From contig NC_043009.1 in assembly GCF_006345805.1 (NCBI RefSeq), positions 66,960,001 through 67,024,000 of the forward strand: a stretch of 64,000 nucleotides of DNA. The letters run 5' to 3'. Position numbers and translations under genes: made by a program. Below, in pieces: positions 13,473 through 30,194 of the stretch. The notes beneath the pieces are model-generated. The model had not been told where the DNA came from. It saw only the letters and a list, made by a program, of their open reading frames with translations, and made no database searches. This DNA comes from Octopus sinensis. Taxonomy: Eukaryota. Position 1 is the stretch's first letter. Every line of letters begins with the position of its first letter.

Positions 13473-14433
13473 AACGAGCTGGCAGAAACGTTAGCATGCT
13501 GGGCGAAATGCTTAGCGGTATTTTGTCTGCCGTTACGTTCTGAGTTCAAATTCCGCCGACGTCGACTTTGCCTTTCATCCTTTCGGAGTCGATAAATTAA
13601 GTACCAGTTACGCACTGGGGTCGATGTAATCGACTTAATACCTATGTCTGTCCTTGTTTGTTCCCTCTGTGTTTAGCCCCTTGTGGGTAATAAAGAAATA
13701 GGTATTTCGTCTGCCGTTACGTTCTGAGTTCAAATTCCGCCGAGTTCGACTTTGCCTTTCATCCTTTCGGAGTCGATAAATTAAGTACCAGTTACGCACT
13801 GGGGTCGATGTAATCGACTTAATACCTATGTCTGTCCTTGTTTGTTCCTCTGTGTTTAGCCCCTTGTGGGTAATAAAGAAATAGGTATTTCGTCTGCCGT
13901 TACGTTCTGAGTTCAAATTCCGCCGAGTTCGACTTTGCCTTTCATCCTTTCGGAGTCGATAATTAAGTACCAGTTACGCACTGGGGTCGATGTAATCGAC
14001 TTAATCCGCGTGTCTGTCCTTGTTTGTCCCCTCTGTGTTTAGCCTTTGTGGGTAGTAAAGAAATAGTATTTCGTCTGCCGTTACGTTCTGAGTTCAAATT
14101 CCGCCGAGTTCGACTTTGCCTTTCATCCTTTCGGAGTCGATAAATTAAGTACCAGTTACGCACTGGGGTCGATGTAATCGACTTAATCCGCGTGTCTGTC
14201 CTTGTTTGTCCCCTCTGTGTTTAGCCCTTTGTGGGTAGTAAAGAAATAGGTATTTCCTCTGCCGCTACGTTCTGAGTTCAAATTCCGTCGAGGTCGACTT
14301 TGCTTTTCATCCTTTCGGGATCGATAAATTAAGTACCAGTTATTCACTAGGGTCGATATAATTGACTTAATCCGTTTGTCTGTTCTTGTTTGTCCCCTCT
14401 ATGTTTAGCCTCTTGTGGGCAATAAAGAAATAA
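13473..14433 (+). mobile_element. SINE tandem array: one headed unit plus four headless units, period 181-184 bp
   Basis: ttctgagttcaaattcc recurs at 13538, 13722, 13905, 14086 and 14270. Only unit 1 has the gagctggcagaaacgttagc head. Confidence 0.9.
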
Positions 14434-14435
14434 GA

Positions 14436-14745
14436 AGTTTGCTTCCCAGCTACATGGCTTTGGGTTCAGTCCCATTACGCGGTACCTTGTGCAAGTGTCT
14501 TCTGCTATAACCTCCGCTGGTCGACCAGCACCTTGTGGGTGGATTTGGAGGACGGAAACTGAAAGAAGCCCGTCATATATGTGTCGGGGGGTGTCAACCG
14601 GTGTTGGAGTGTTGACGTACTCATAACTTAGCGGACCGATAGAATAAGTACCAAGGTTAAAAAAAATCTACTACTAGGATCGATTCGTCCGACTAAAATT
14701 CTTCAAGGCGGTGCCCCAGCATGGCCGCAGTTCAATGACTAAAAC
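14436..14745 (+). mobile_element. SINE fragment (family with gttcagtccca...ggaaactgaaagaagccc body)
   Basis: Same body recurs at ~17330-17510, ~39178-39340(-), ~51080-51240 and ~52085-52240(-). Confidence 0.7.
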
Positions 14746-15888
14746 AAGTAAGAGAATGATTTTTCGCTTATAGCCATGTCATTCTATCATCACCATGATT
14801 TATTGTTGTTGTTACTGTTATTGTTTAGCCTGGGACAGCCTTAGCCGAGCAGACCTTTAATCGAATGTGTTCCAACTATGCCTATCATTATCTCTCTTCT
14901 TACATTCCTCCGTTTGGGGTGACTTCGTCTTTTATTTCTGGCCAGTTATTGTGGCATCGTTACATTTTCCCTTTTTTTATTTAACCCCAAGTCGTCTGCC
15001 ACTGAACAGATCAATGATCAAAAGCCTTCTAGCGATGACCATCCTACCTCTGTCTAATATTACATCATCCAATGCCACCATGGCTCAGGTATCGTCTGTT
15101 TTTAACGTCGAAAAGGAATGATTTCAGAGAAATATGGCAGTTATTTTGAAATGATCGAGAAAATACATTGAAGTTGTTTTATCACCTTGGACAAGCAGGC
15201 TGATGATAAAATACTTTCCAACCGCGATTATCCCACCTCCTTTTTCTAGCTTTCATTATCAAATGTGCCATTCTATTTTTAAAACAATTTAATAAAATAT
15301 GGGTGAGATTTAACTTGTGTATCTAGCAAGCCGAGTGACCGCGTACCATTTTGTTTTTCGTTAATAAGTGTTCAGGTAACACGGGATGGAATAACTACAG
15401 AATGACATCATACAAGAAGAAAACTCTTACGAAATCTTAATCTGCCATCCATTATTTAGGTCTTTAATATAACGAATGTCGGCCATTATTTAGATTTTTA
15501 AAAATCTTACCCTCTTAACCCTTTCAACGCGGAAATCAGATATAGCTATTTGAAATATCATTACTCTGAACTGCTGATAGCATTTTTATACACCACTTTG
15601 TTTTGTTGAGGAATGTCAAGTTTATTGGGGCAACGTGACTTGCAGAAAATACCAATTCTTTCTTCTTTTTTTTTTTTGGTAGATATTTAATATCATTATT
15701 GGAATAACCATAGAATTTAATTTTGTAGTGAAAAGGTTAACAAAAGAAATTGTAGAAAAGATTCATTGAATAATTTAGATATAGAAACACTAAGCCTGGA
15801 AAAAAAACATACGGAGTGGTCGCGACAGGAACACCTTTGATCATAGGTCTGTTCGATCAAGGCTGACTTGACGTTGAATAACAACAGC

Positions 15889-15921
<33 letters not shown>

Positions 15922-16248
15922 AACAACAATGGCTGCTATTGTAGTTTAGAATAAAATTGTATTGCAACGAATATGAAGTGTTCTGTTTTGTTCAGCCGAC
16001 TCTACCTTGAACATATATAATCCCTTAGAATGTGTTTTAAATCCTTTGAAGTTTTATTTGGTCTGAGAACACATGAAGCTTTTGAAAGATTAAACAGTTT
16101 TCAAGAAGGCAGGAAAATCTCTGCGTTTCTTTTCGCGGAAACACAAAGCGAAAGAAAGCGAATCATATGACAAAGTATTACAATTGATGCAAAGGCGCAC
16201 AAACAAATGCGCGCACGCACACAAACACACACACGCACGCACACAAAC

Positions 16249-16425
16249 CTAGCAGTATCGCCCGGCGTTGCTCGGGTTTGTTTCGACCCTTTAGAATTGG
16301 AATTTTTGAAAAGTAAAAATTTTGCATTATGTAGCTTGTTATTCTCTTCAGGTGAACATTTTTCTGGTTGAAATACACCGAGAAATGGCGACACAGCAGT
16401 CAAAAGATCGTAAAAAATAGTTTCC
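16249..16425 (-). mobile_element. Non-autonomous Helitron 3' end
   Basis: Minus strand ends cccgagcaacgccggg (hairpin)-cgatactg-CTAG. Confidence 0.5.
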
Positions 16426-17696
16426 GTCTATCAAATCCACTCCCAAGACTTTAGTTGGCCCGAAGCTATAGTAGAAGACACTTGTCTAAGGTGCCACGCA
16501 CTGGGACTGAACCTGGAACCATATGGTTGGTAAGCAAGCTTCTTACCACACAGCCGCGCCTGCGCCTTTGTTCATATCTATTTTGAATTAATCGTAATTA
16601 TCTTGTAGCTTTGAGATTTTCATGATGGGATTGTTTATTTTTAGAAGGACATTGCAGGGTAGGTGTGAGAGGCTGCATCTGGCTGGTTAGAACATAAAAC
16701 TGGTAGAGTGCCTGGAAATGGCTGGTTTCAATGCTAAACGGTTAGAGTAGTTTTCGGGTAGATTCAGTGTGACACAGAATAGGACAAGGATGGCCCCTTT
16801 GAATTACTGGTACAACTCATTTTTGCTAGATTAATGGACTGGAGCAGCGTGAAGTAAAGTGTCTTGCTTAAGGACACAACGCGTCGCCGAGAATGGAACC
16901 CACGACTTTCCGATCGTGAACCGAATACCCCTAACCACTAAGTTACGCGCCTTCACCCATACTTCAATGTACTGCACTAAACTACACAAATTCACACAAT
17001 GCTACAAGGCAGACCGGCCGCTTTCCGTTTGTGCCAGTCACCGTCGAAACCTCAGGTGGTCTCGGATCCTTCGCTGTCGGTTTCCTGCACAAAACCGGGA
17101 GAGTTGCGGCCCGTCTGAAAAATGATCCCCGCGAGGTGGGGTGGCTACTGCAGCTGGTGTCGCTGACCATTCTCCACGGCAAAGGATAAGATAGCCATGC
17201 CTGGAGCGCCATACATAGGTCTGCCTGATCAGACTTGACTTGGGGCTAAACAATAACAGCAGCAGTTGTTAAAACATCACCAAAAAGCAACAACCTCGAC
17301 GGCAATCACAAAATAATCTTATTGAAAAGCCATAGGCGCAGGTGTGGCTGTATGGTAAGACGCTTGCTTCCCAACCACATTGTTCCGGGTTCAGTCCCAC
17401 TGCGTGATTCCTTCGGCAAATATTTTCTACTATATCCTCGCGCCAACAAAATCCTAAAGGGTGAATTTGCTAGACGTAAACTGAAAGAAGCCCGCCATAT
17501 TTATGTATATGTGTGTGTGTGTATCTAATGACCGAAAAAGGTAAATATTTTTTTGTTTGTTTGCTTTTTTTAACTTCGCTTTCTTGCTCCAATTCTGTTA
17601 CATTAATATTTAAAGTATTGTCTTGCATTTTCATATTTATTCCAGACTTCAGTCAACTTTCTGCATTGCTTTTTCGCGCTTTTCCCTGCCCCACTC

Positions 17697-17756
<60 letters not shown>

Positions 17757-19740
17757 ACATGCGCACGCACTTATATTCCCCACCACCTTCTATCCGACAC
17801 CCTCACACACTTTCTCTCTTCATTTATTCTTCAATTCTTGTTACATATCACCAGTTTATTTGATGAACTCAGCCACTTACAGACTGATAGAAATTAGCTC
17901 AATCATTCGTCTTCTCAAAAATGTTCGCTTGTCGAGTCACCATTACTGTCAGCGATAATTGTCTTTTCTTGAATCGACGAGAAGATCACACGAATGCAGG
18001 GCAATTAGTGCCCAAACCCGCCGTACTGATCCTCCCCCCTTTATCACTCACTCTCCCACTCCATTTCCTTCGCTTCTCTTCTCCCCTTGCTCTTCCTCTC
18101 ACACAGCTCTTCTCTCTTCCTTTGTCTTCCCCGTGCAGCCATGTCCTACAATCTCTCTCTGTCTCCACAAAATATTTCCCATTTGTCTTCTTGTCGCCCA
18201 TCATCAAACGCGCCATCAGCTACCAACAAAAATTGGGGAATTTTTTATTCTTTTTTTTTTCATAGTTTTATATTCATTTTCTTTTTCCTCGGCAGCGAGG
18301 GCGTTATTTCAAAACCAACAAAACAACAACAACAACAACATACACCACTAACCATCACCATCACCATCACCATCAGCAAGAAGTGATAAGACAATTCTGT
18401 ACAAGTGGAAGCACGTTTTCAAATCCATCTTTCTATTAGTGTTTATGAAAGCGAAAGAGACGAGAGAAGAGGGGCGGGCTGGACGCATTACTTGTTGCAA
18501 CAGTAATTGTCTGTTCTCTCAATAATGAAATGAAATAACAGCAACGATCGCCTTCATTGTTGAAGTGTCATTACGCAGCGAAGATAAGATCTACCCAAAT
18601 GTTTTACAACGACGAGATTTATCAGTGTATATCGGTGGGGGTTGTTTGGCATCTTTATCTCTTCTCTTTCTTGTGGAGTGGAATAATTAGCGATTTGTCA
18701 ACAGAGTCAGCATGATGGAAATATAAAACTGTCCGTGTTACAAAAAGATATTGATTTTAGCACAAGGCCAGCAATTTTGGTGGGGAAGGGATGTAAGATG
18801 ATTACATCGATCCCAGTGCTCAAAATGGTGCTTATTTTATCGATCCCGACAAGATGAGAGGCAAAGTCGAACTTTTGAACTCAAAATGTGAAGACAGAAT
18901 TTGAACTCAGAACGAAAAGGACGAACTGCCGCTAAGCATTCTGCCAGCTCGCCAGAAAGGATCTATTCCATCTCAATCACAGATTTTTTTAATTAATGTT
19001 TTTAACTAAACAGCTTGAAACTTTGAATGCTGGTAGAATTTCTCCCGTAGAACACGGTTTACTCTGAACGTTTTTGACCAAATTTCGTATTTTAGAAGTT
19101 ATTTCGTGTTAAAGTTGTCGTATTTGGGTAATTTCAACCAATCAACAACGTGTACTCGGTTGAAGAAAGCTGCTGCTGTTTGCAATAGTAATCGAAAGGA
19201 ATAACTTCCGGGTCATCTCTACTAAATGTCATCATTCTGTTCTATTCGTACAGCGAGTGAAGACGTCACCGTTATCCTTTCTTCCTTTCTAGTCAGTACC
19301 GTGCATTCCTTACTCCATCCCTCCCTTCTACATTATCAACTAGCAACCAGCGAGCAAACTTGTCACTGCCACTACAGTGGTGGTGGTGGTGGTCGTCGTC
19401 GTCGTCGTGTGTTTTTCTTTTGCTTTCGCCTATAAAAGACTGCCACAAATTTCCTCGCTATCATCGTCACCACCACCCTCTTCAATATGACCGGCACAGG
19501 TGGCACAGTTGTTGCTGTTGTTGTTGATGGTGATGGTGGTGGTGGTGGTGGTGGTGGTGTGAGTTTAGCAATTGTATAGCCGCCACCGCTGTAACAGATA
19601 TTTGGAGAGAGAGGAGGCTGGAGCTGGTGGTGGCGGTGGTGGTGAAGGTGGTGGTAGTGGTGGTGGTGGTGCTGGTGGTGCTGGTGGTGGTGGTGGTGGC
19701 TGATGAGGTTTGCATATTATTTCTCCCTTCTTCTCGTTCG

Positions 19741-19785
<45 letters not shown>

Positions 19786-20067
19786 CCCTCTCTCTCTCCT
19801 TCGTTTTCGTGTATAAACACAAACGCCGCCATGTTAAAATAAATATTTTTTTTTTAAAGAAAAGCGTGTTTTTGAAAATTGGAAAGCGAAAACGACGCCC
19901 CTAAAATGGAAACTAGAAAAATTCCATACGGGGGGGGGGCGTCGTTTATGGAAAAATAAATGCTTTGAATGGCAACAAATATACCAATCCCACTGAGTGA
20001 TAAAAGTTCGTGACACCCACTTCAGCAAATGACAACAACAACAACAACAATAATAATAATAATGATA

Positions 20068-20098
<31 letters not shown>

Positions 20099-20399
20099 TT
20101 ATTCAGTCATGGAGAGCAATTACATACCATTTTATTCATGCATACAAAATACGAAACGTTAAAACTAGAGGGGGGGGCTTACCAAAAGGTTTTGAAAAGA
20201 AATAATTTGTATAAAAAAGGTTGGAGGTGTAAAAGTTTGTTTAAAACAGCGTGAAGATAATTATAATTATTTGGAATAGTTAAAAAGATTAGAGAAACTG
20301 ACGATAATTAAGACAATATATGAAATAAAACAGGGAAAAACAGGTTGACTGGCAGCTAACGTGATTTTTATCTTCAGTCGATCACGCAGAGGGTGCGAC

Positions 20400-20523
20400 T
20401 ACGTTTCCAACTCTTTCTTTGGACTCGTCAGTTGTAAGTGAGTTAGGTTACGATTTCCCTTCCAAGTATGGTAAAGTGCATGTAGCTGCGACTCCTTATG
20501 AGGGATCTCCAACTTCTTTCTTA

Positions 20524-20591
<68 letters not shown>

Positions 20592-21120
20592 TTCGCTGCT
20601 CACTCCTTTTTTGTCTCCTCTTTCATTTTTCAGTTCCCAATCTTCTCCCGGATCTATTTCTCCCTCATCGCTACAAGACAATAAATTGGTTCCGTTAGTC
20701 GTAGTCTCTGGTCAGTTCTTTGCCAAAGGAGAAGACCCTCTCTGCTTTCTTTTTTTGGTCGTCGAACACTTATGCTGATTACACTAAAGATGCGGATATC
20801 ATTCACAGAACTACATTAGTTGCAGCCACAAAGGTCTTCTCCACATCAGTAACCTGATCTCATTGTTCCTCCTGCCTCTGTTGCAGTCCGCCGATGTTTC
20901 TTCGTCTTCTGAAAAGATGTTTCTCAAATTGCATTTACTAACCAACATGTGGCATCTACACAGCTCTTCTACACAGCACCACAAGTCTAACTGACCTTCT
21001 CCCTTAATAGAACACACACCAAGATTGCTTTGGGGTATCATTATAGTCTGCAAAGACCCCATCGGACTACATACATCGTTGCGGATCCCCTCTGAATGTG
21101 TCACATGACCGTAACATTTG
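20400..21120 (-). pseudogene. Possible second, heavily decayed ORF1-like relic
   Basis: Decayed knuckle-like stretch LWCCVEELCRCHMLVSKC followed by a K/R- and D/E-rich tail like that of the 10087-10956 relic. Weak. Confidence 0.3.
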
Positions 21121-22105
21121 GCAAAATAACCAAGGATCCAGTTCTATATAGCGTAGCGTTGATCGTGGTCCCGAGGAAGCAGAGTGGATCTGACACTCGC
21201 ATATGTCATAGCAATCCAAACCACACTGGTTTCAAATTTTGGCACAAGGCCAGCAATTTCGAGAAAGGAATGAGTCGACTACATCGGCCCAAGTGTTCAA
21301 CAGGTGCTTATTTTATCGATCCCGAAAGGATGAATGGCAAAGTCGACCTCGGCGGAATTTGACCTCTGAACGTGAAAACGGACGAAATAGCGCTAAGCAT
21401 TTTGTCCGGCGTGCTAACAATTCTGCCAACCCAAACCATATTGACTGCAGGAATTTGATGTTGGACTTCAAACAGTTAGGCTTCGTCCCTCTCCAACACA
21501 CCCCAAAAAGCTGTCCATACACCATACATACGTCTTCGTTTCTGACCAGTTTCCTAATATTTTTATTCTTGCCAGAACAAACCATGACTCGGCTCAACAT
21601 TCTGAGTCTTCATAATATATTTCCAAGTTTAATTTCCTTCCCTTTGCTTCCTCTTTTTTTTCCTAATATTTTTTCGATCCTATTTTATAATCTCATAATG
21701 ATTAAAGTTACTGACATAAACGGTTTTAACATAGTAAAAATAATAACGTATTTTATACGCATTTTATATAATAACGTTGTCGCTTTTTATGCTTCTTCTG
21801 ATGGCATACTATTAATATTTATCTCGACTTTTCCGGCTTCGTCTGCAAAACTGAAGAAGTGTCAGAATACTACGATGAATATTAACGTGCTTACGTGCTT
21901 ACTTTTCCGTTCGATTCCCCGAATGCTTTACAAGAGCTGTCAATCAAATAAACTCATCCATTGACCTTGTCCATTAGATTCGAAATTTCAGAATATATGT
22001 TTCATAATAACCCGATAAACGGTATCTTTAAATGCTCCTGCCCGTATGTCTAACTTCCAATATATATATACTTGCTTCAGTCATTTTACTGTGGCCATGC
22101 TGGAG

Positions 22106-22188
<83 letters not shown>

Positions 22189-23329
22189 ATTAATACTGAT
22201 GACGCCCAAAAATGCAGAAATCTAAAGTTAGCATTTCCACTTTCGCTGCAGGATGCCTTCCGTCCCCTACTGATACGCTTCCGTGCTTTTTTAGCACTAG
22301 ACGTCTACAAGAGAGGCTTTCTTAAGGCAAATACTTCAGTTTCGAGGCTTTCTACAGCATGTTCGCCTTGAGGAGGATATACAGAATGCTATTCTGAACT
22401 AATACTGTTTCCGTCGCTATTAATGGCTGTACACACACACACACACACACACACACATGCACATACATACATACACACACACATGCACATACATACACAC
22501 GTATATATAGACATAGATTTCATATATCATTCAATTACGGTAGTAGTTGAATAATATTCTTAACGTAGCTTTTTTGTCGCAGTCGGCATCTTCCATACAT
22601 ATACATATATATATATATACATATAAATAAATATATATATACATATATATAAATATATATATGTTTGTATGTATGTATGATGTATGTATGTATGTATGTA
22701 TTTATGGATGTATGTATGTATGTATATATACGTATGTATGTATGTATGTATGTATGTATGTATGTATGTATGTATGTATTGTGTGTATGTATGTATGCAT
22801 GTATGTATGTATGTATGTATGTATGTATGTATGTATGTATGTATGTATGTATTGTGTGTATGTATGTATGCATGTATGTATGTATGTATGTATGTATGTA
22901 TGTATGTATGTATGTATGTGTGTGTATGTATATACTCACGCATTTGCTTCCGTATAATTGTTTTATAAATGCTTTCATGTCATTAACCATCGCCTGGTCG
23001 TCTTTTATGTTATTGTACTTCTATTAGCTCGACTCGTATATAGCCTATGGCAGACTTTTGTACACACACACACTCACACACACACATATAAACATACATA
23101 CACACATACATACATACATACACACATACATACATACATACACACATACATACATACACACACATACATACATACACACATACATACATACATACATACT
23201 ACATACATACATACATACATACATGCATACATACATACGTACATGCATATATGACTACGTACATACATACATACATGTACACATACACACGTGCACACAC
23301 CCACGTGATTGGCGATAGTAAAGGTAGCA

Positions 23330-23930
23330 CCTATTTTTTGTAATATTGTTATTGTTATTGTTAATATGTGGCTGGTCCTGTTTTCGCAGTAACAAGTCCT
23401 TCAATTCGTTGATCAATCGATTCTTGTAGCTTTTGAACGGTATCTAGGGGAATCTTAAGCTTATTCTTCCGTCAACATACTCTTGAAGTCCTTGAATGAC
23501 GATGGAGGCGGCGGCGGAGACCCGCTGCTGATTCTCTGTTGCAGCGAAGATGACTCACTCTTATTGAAACCTGGCAACTAAATGTTTGATGTTTGCATCG
23601 TCTTTAGAAAATCAGTTTTTAACCATTTTAGCTGTGTGTATTGACGCAGCATCATTCCTGGGAAGTGCTTCACCTTTGGGGAATATTGTTTATATAACAG
23701 GATGCACTCGGTCTGGCAAGATGGACAAATATTCATTGGAAGTGGTTCTCTCATGCAGTCTAACTACAGAGAAAAGTGCCAAGGTGCTGCCGACCAAACC
23801 ATCGCGTCTCCGCCGCCATGCTGCACCGTTGAAATCAAATACTCAGAATCAAAGATTTCTTACGATGTTCCCAACATATAAACCAAACCAGAAGATGGAA
23901 ATTCTGTGAATAGGAATTCTCTAAAATACA
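23330..23930 (-). mobile_element. Degenerate Tc1-like transposase, C-terminal half
   Basis: STVQHGGGDAMVWSA, RNDAASIHTAKMVKN*F and KIPLDTVQKLQESIDQRIEGLVTAKTGPATY*. Same family as the 33300-34290 copy. Confidence 0.8.
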
Positions 23931-24247
23931 CAACCTTTATATCAAATATGATTTCAAATTTTAGCACAAGACCAGCACTTTCTGGGGAGCGGGCTAAATC
24001 AATTACATCGACCCCAGTGCTTAACTGGTACTTATTTTATCGAACCCCCCACCCCCATCCCGAAAGGATGAAAGGCAGAATTTGAACTCAGAGCATAGAA
24101 ACAGATGAAATGCTGCTAAATATTTTATCTGTCGAACGGCTCTTCCAACTCGCTGCCTTCATATCAAATATTATTCGTCCTATATATTCATTTTACCATT
24201 TTTTGTGCTTCACAATATTCCAGTTTTACAGAACAGATTTAGAAATA

Positions 24248-24284
<37 letters not shown>

Positions 24285-24286
24285 TA

Positions 24287-24496
24287 CAGTAATCCCTCGC
24301 CATATCGCGGTTCACCTATCGCGGTTTATTATTTACGTCGATTCCTCCTCTGTGTGTTTGGCATTCATAATAAAGCAAATATATACAACTCATAAAAATA
24401 ATTTTACAAAATATACAGTACAGTACTGTTTCTACTTCGTGTATTTTCACCTATCGCGGGTAGAACATAACACCCGCGATAGCCGAGGGATTACTG
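24287..24496. mobile_element. pogo/Tigger-like MITE
   Basis: Perfect 13-bp TIRs CAGTAATCCCTCG / CGAGGGATTACTG with TA on both sides; inserted in (TA)n. Confidence 0.85.
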
Positions 24497-24516
24497 TATG
24501 TGTGCATATATATATA

Positions 24517-24557
<41 letters not shown>

Positions 24558-24669
24558 CGGAGTAAGCACATAAAATGTGAAACAAGGTGGAAAAAATAGT
24601 ACTCAAATACCAGAGGTAGAGTAATATGCTTTATATATATATACATATATATAAACAGTTAAATTTGCA

Positions 24670-24716
<47 letters not shown>

Positions 24717-24729
24717 GTGCAAATTGAAC

Positions 24730-25180
24730 TGTTTCTCTGTAGATTGAAACAAACAATAAAGAACTTTGATCGATTTCAAACCTTACCAGGTTCTCATCAG
24801 TGTCTGCATCACGTGACCAGACCCAGAGAAACAACCATCCAAGCTGTTTATATACACAACAAATCCGGTAACTACACACAATTGGGGCTACTAATTTACA
24901 TATTATTTAACACCTTATTTAATATGAGGGGCCGGTCAACGGGGACCTTATGTAATCTATGGAATAAACTTATAAACATGGCAGATTTAATTATTTCTGT
25001 GTTGATTGGAAACAATTATGGACAACTTTGATCAATTTTCGAACGTTATTCGATTCTCATCGGAGAGTGGCTACATCACTTGACCAATACTAGAGAAATA
25101 AGCAGCCAATTCGATTATATATACAACAAATCCAGTCACTGCGGGACACAGGGTCAACCAATTTGTATGCTATAAATGTT
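24730..25180 (-). mobile_element. Two diverged tandem ~260-bp units, each with a decayed hammerhead core (PLE pseudo-LTR-like)
   Basis: Unit 1: CTGATGA-gaacc/ggttt-GAAA-tcg-ATC at 24768-24800. Unit 2: cCGATGA-gaatcgaataacgttc-GAAA at 25037-25063. Confidence 0.55.
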
Positions 25181-25276
25181 TAAGATCTCAAAAGAGATCT
25201 CAGGCGACACAGCAACCTGCCAACCGAGATCTGAGTCCACACAACATCAGAATACGATATTATAATATAGGTAACC

Positions 25277-26066
25277 AAGGCGGCGAGCTGGCAGAATCGT
25301 TAGTACGCCGGACGAAATGCTTAGCTGTAATTCGTCTGCCGTTACGTTGTGAGTTCAAATTCCGCCGAGGTCGACTTTACCTTTCATCCTTTCGGGGGTC
25401 GATTAAATAAGTACCAGTTACGCACTGGGGTCGATATAATCGACTTAATCCGTTTGTCTATCCTTGTTTGTCCCTTCTGTGTTTAGGCCCTTGTGGGTAG
25501 TAAAGAAATAGGTATTCTGTTTGCTACTACGTTCTGAGTTCAAATTCCACCGAGGTCGACTTTGCCTTTCATCCTTTCGGGATCAATTAAATAAAGTACC
25601 AGTTACGCACTGGGATCGATGTAATCGACTTAATCCGTTTGTCCGTCCGTGTTTGTCCTGTCTGTGTTCAGCCCCTTGTGGGCAGTAAAGAAATAGAAAT
25701 AGGTATTTCGTCTGCCGCTACGTTCTGAGTTCAAATTCCGCCGAGGTTGACTTTACCTTTCATCCTTTCGGGGTTGATTAAATAAGAACCAGTTACGCAC
25801 TGGGGTCGATGTAATCGACTTAACCCCTTTGTCTGTCCTTGTTTGTCCTCTCTGTGTTTAGCCCCTTGTGGGTAGTAAAGAAATAGAAATAGTATTTCGT
25901 CTGCCGCTACGTTCTGAGTTCAAATTCCGCCGAGGTCGACTTTACCTTTCATCCTTTCGGGATCGACAAATTACGCACCAGTGAAGTACGGGGTGGGGGT
26001 CGATATAATCGACTATCCCCCTCTCCACAAATTCCAGGCCTTGGGCTTATAGTAGAAAGGATTATA
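25277..26066 (+). mobile_element. SINE tandem array: four units, period 185-191 bp
   Basis: B-box gagttcaaattcc units near 25347, 25532, 25723 and 25912. The last unit ends in the ordinary monomer tail. Confidence 0.9.
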
Positions 26067-26399
26067 AAATATGTAACCAGACCCATAAAACTTTTGCCAT
26101 TATTCCTCGCAGAAGATCGAACAACTTGGCAGTTTTAGACTCTGAGACTTTTGCTAATGTTTTCTTCAAAACGTAACCTCTTCGAAAATGCGACAGGAGA
26201 TTCCTTGCTGTAATTTAAAACTGAACTTGGTCTAAATTAGTGATAACGGCAATTAATCATATTAAATATGGTAAATGAGAAACACAAAGGAGTAAGTTTT
26301 ATCAGTTATATCGAATATTCATTTTAGGTTAATCAAGCCTTAAACTTCGCCGTGTGAAACCTGGTGACACTATGGGGGGGAGGAAGTGTATGAATATAT

Positions 26400-29600
<3,201 letters not shown>

Positions 29601-30194
29601 TTGTTGTTTAACCGCGGTTCAGCCATAGTTAAGCCACAAATAACCCATAGTCAAAGGTAATCCAGCTGTGACCTACGTTGTGACCTACGTTGCCTTTTGA
29701 CTACATTGTCCAAAGTCACCTTCGTCTTTTTAAGAGAGTAGGATATGCTTTGAGGTAAATTTGGTTGTCATTTTTAGCAAATAATGCTACAACGTAGAAG
29801 CCTTGTCGTTGACTTGAGGCGAAATTGCGACTTGGATAAGGCAAGAGGAAGGTTTTGAGACTAAATCCAATGGTTTTGTGGTTCCTCGCCTCAATACCTT
29901 GCTTCAGTTCACCGATTATCGGTAATTCGTTGCTAGCAGATTATCCGGGCATTCTGCCTGGGATTGGCTTCAGCTGTGTACCACGGAAAGCTTAATCTCT
30001 CGTCCACATCGCAGCAAAAGAAGAAAGTAAGCGACTTCTTTTAAAAACCTTTTTAGAATTAGGATATAGATATGTGGTATTTTAACACCAGTGTATTACT
30101 GGTTCGTCTTTTAGCGTCCCTTGAGACACGAAAGACAATTGCAACCACGAGGGGCTTCAAATACTTGTGTCGTTATCAAAGATATAAAAGGCGA

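Noticed and set aside
13473-14433. CRISPR-like regular repeat array
   Set aside because: Units are ~183-bp SINE bodies with no unique spacers, the context is eukaryotic, and there are no cas genes.
21239-21964. 241-aa ORF
   Set aside because: Starts in an antisense SINE and runs through AT-rich sequence; no domain.
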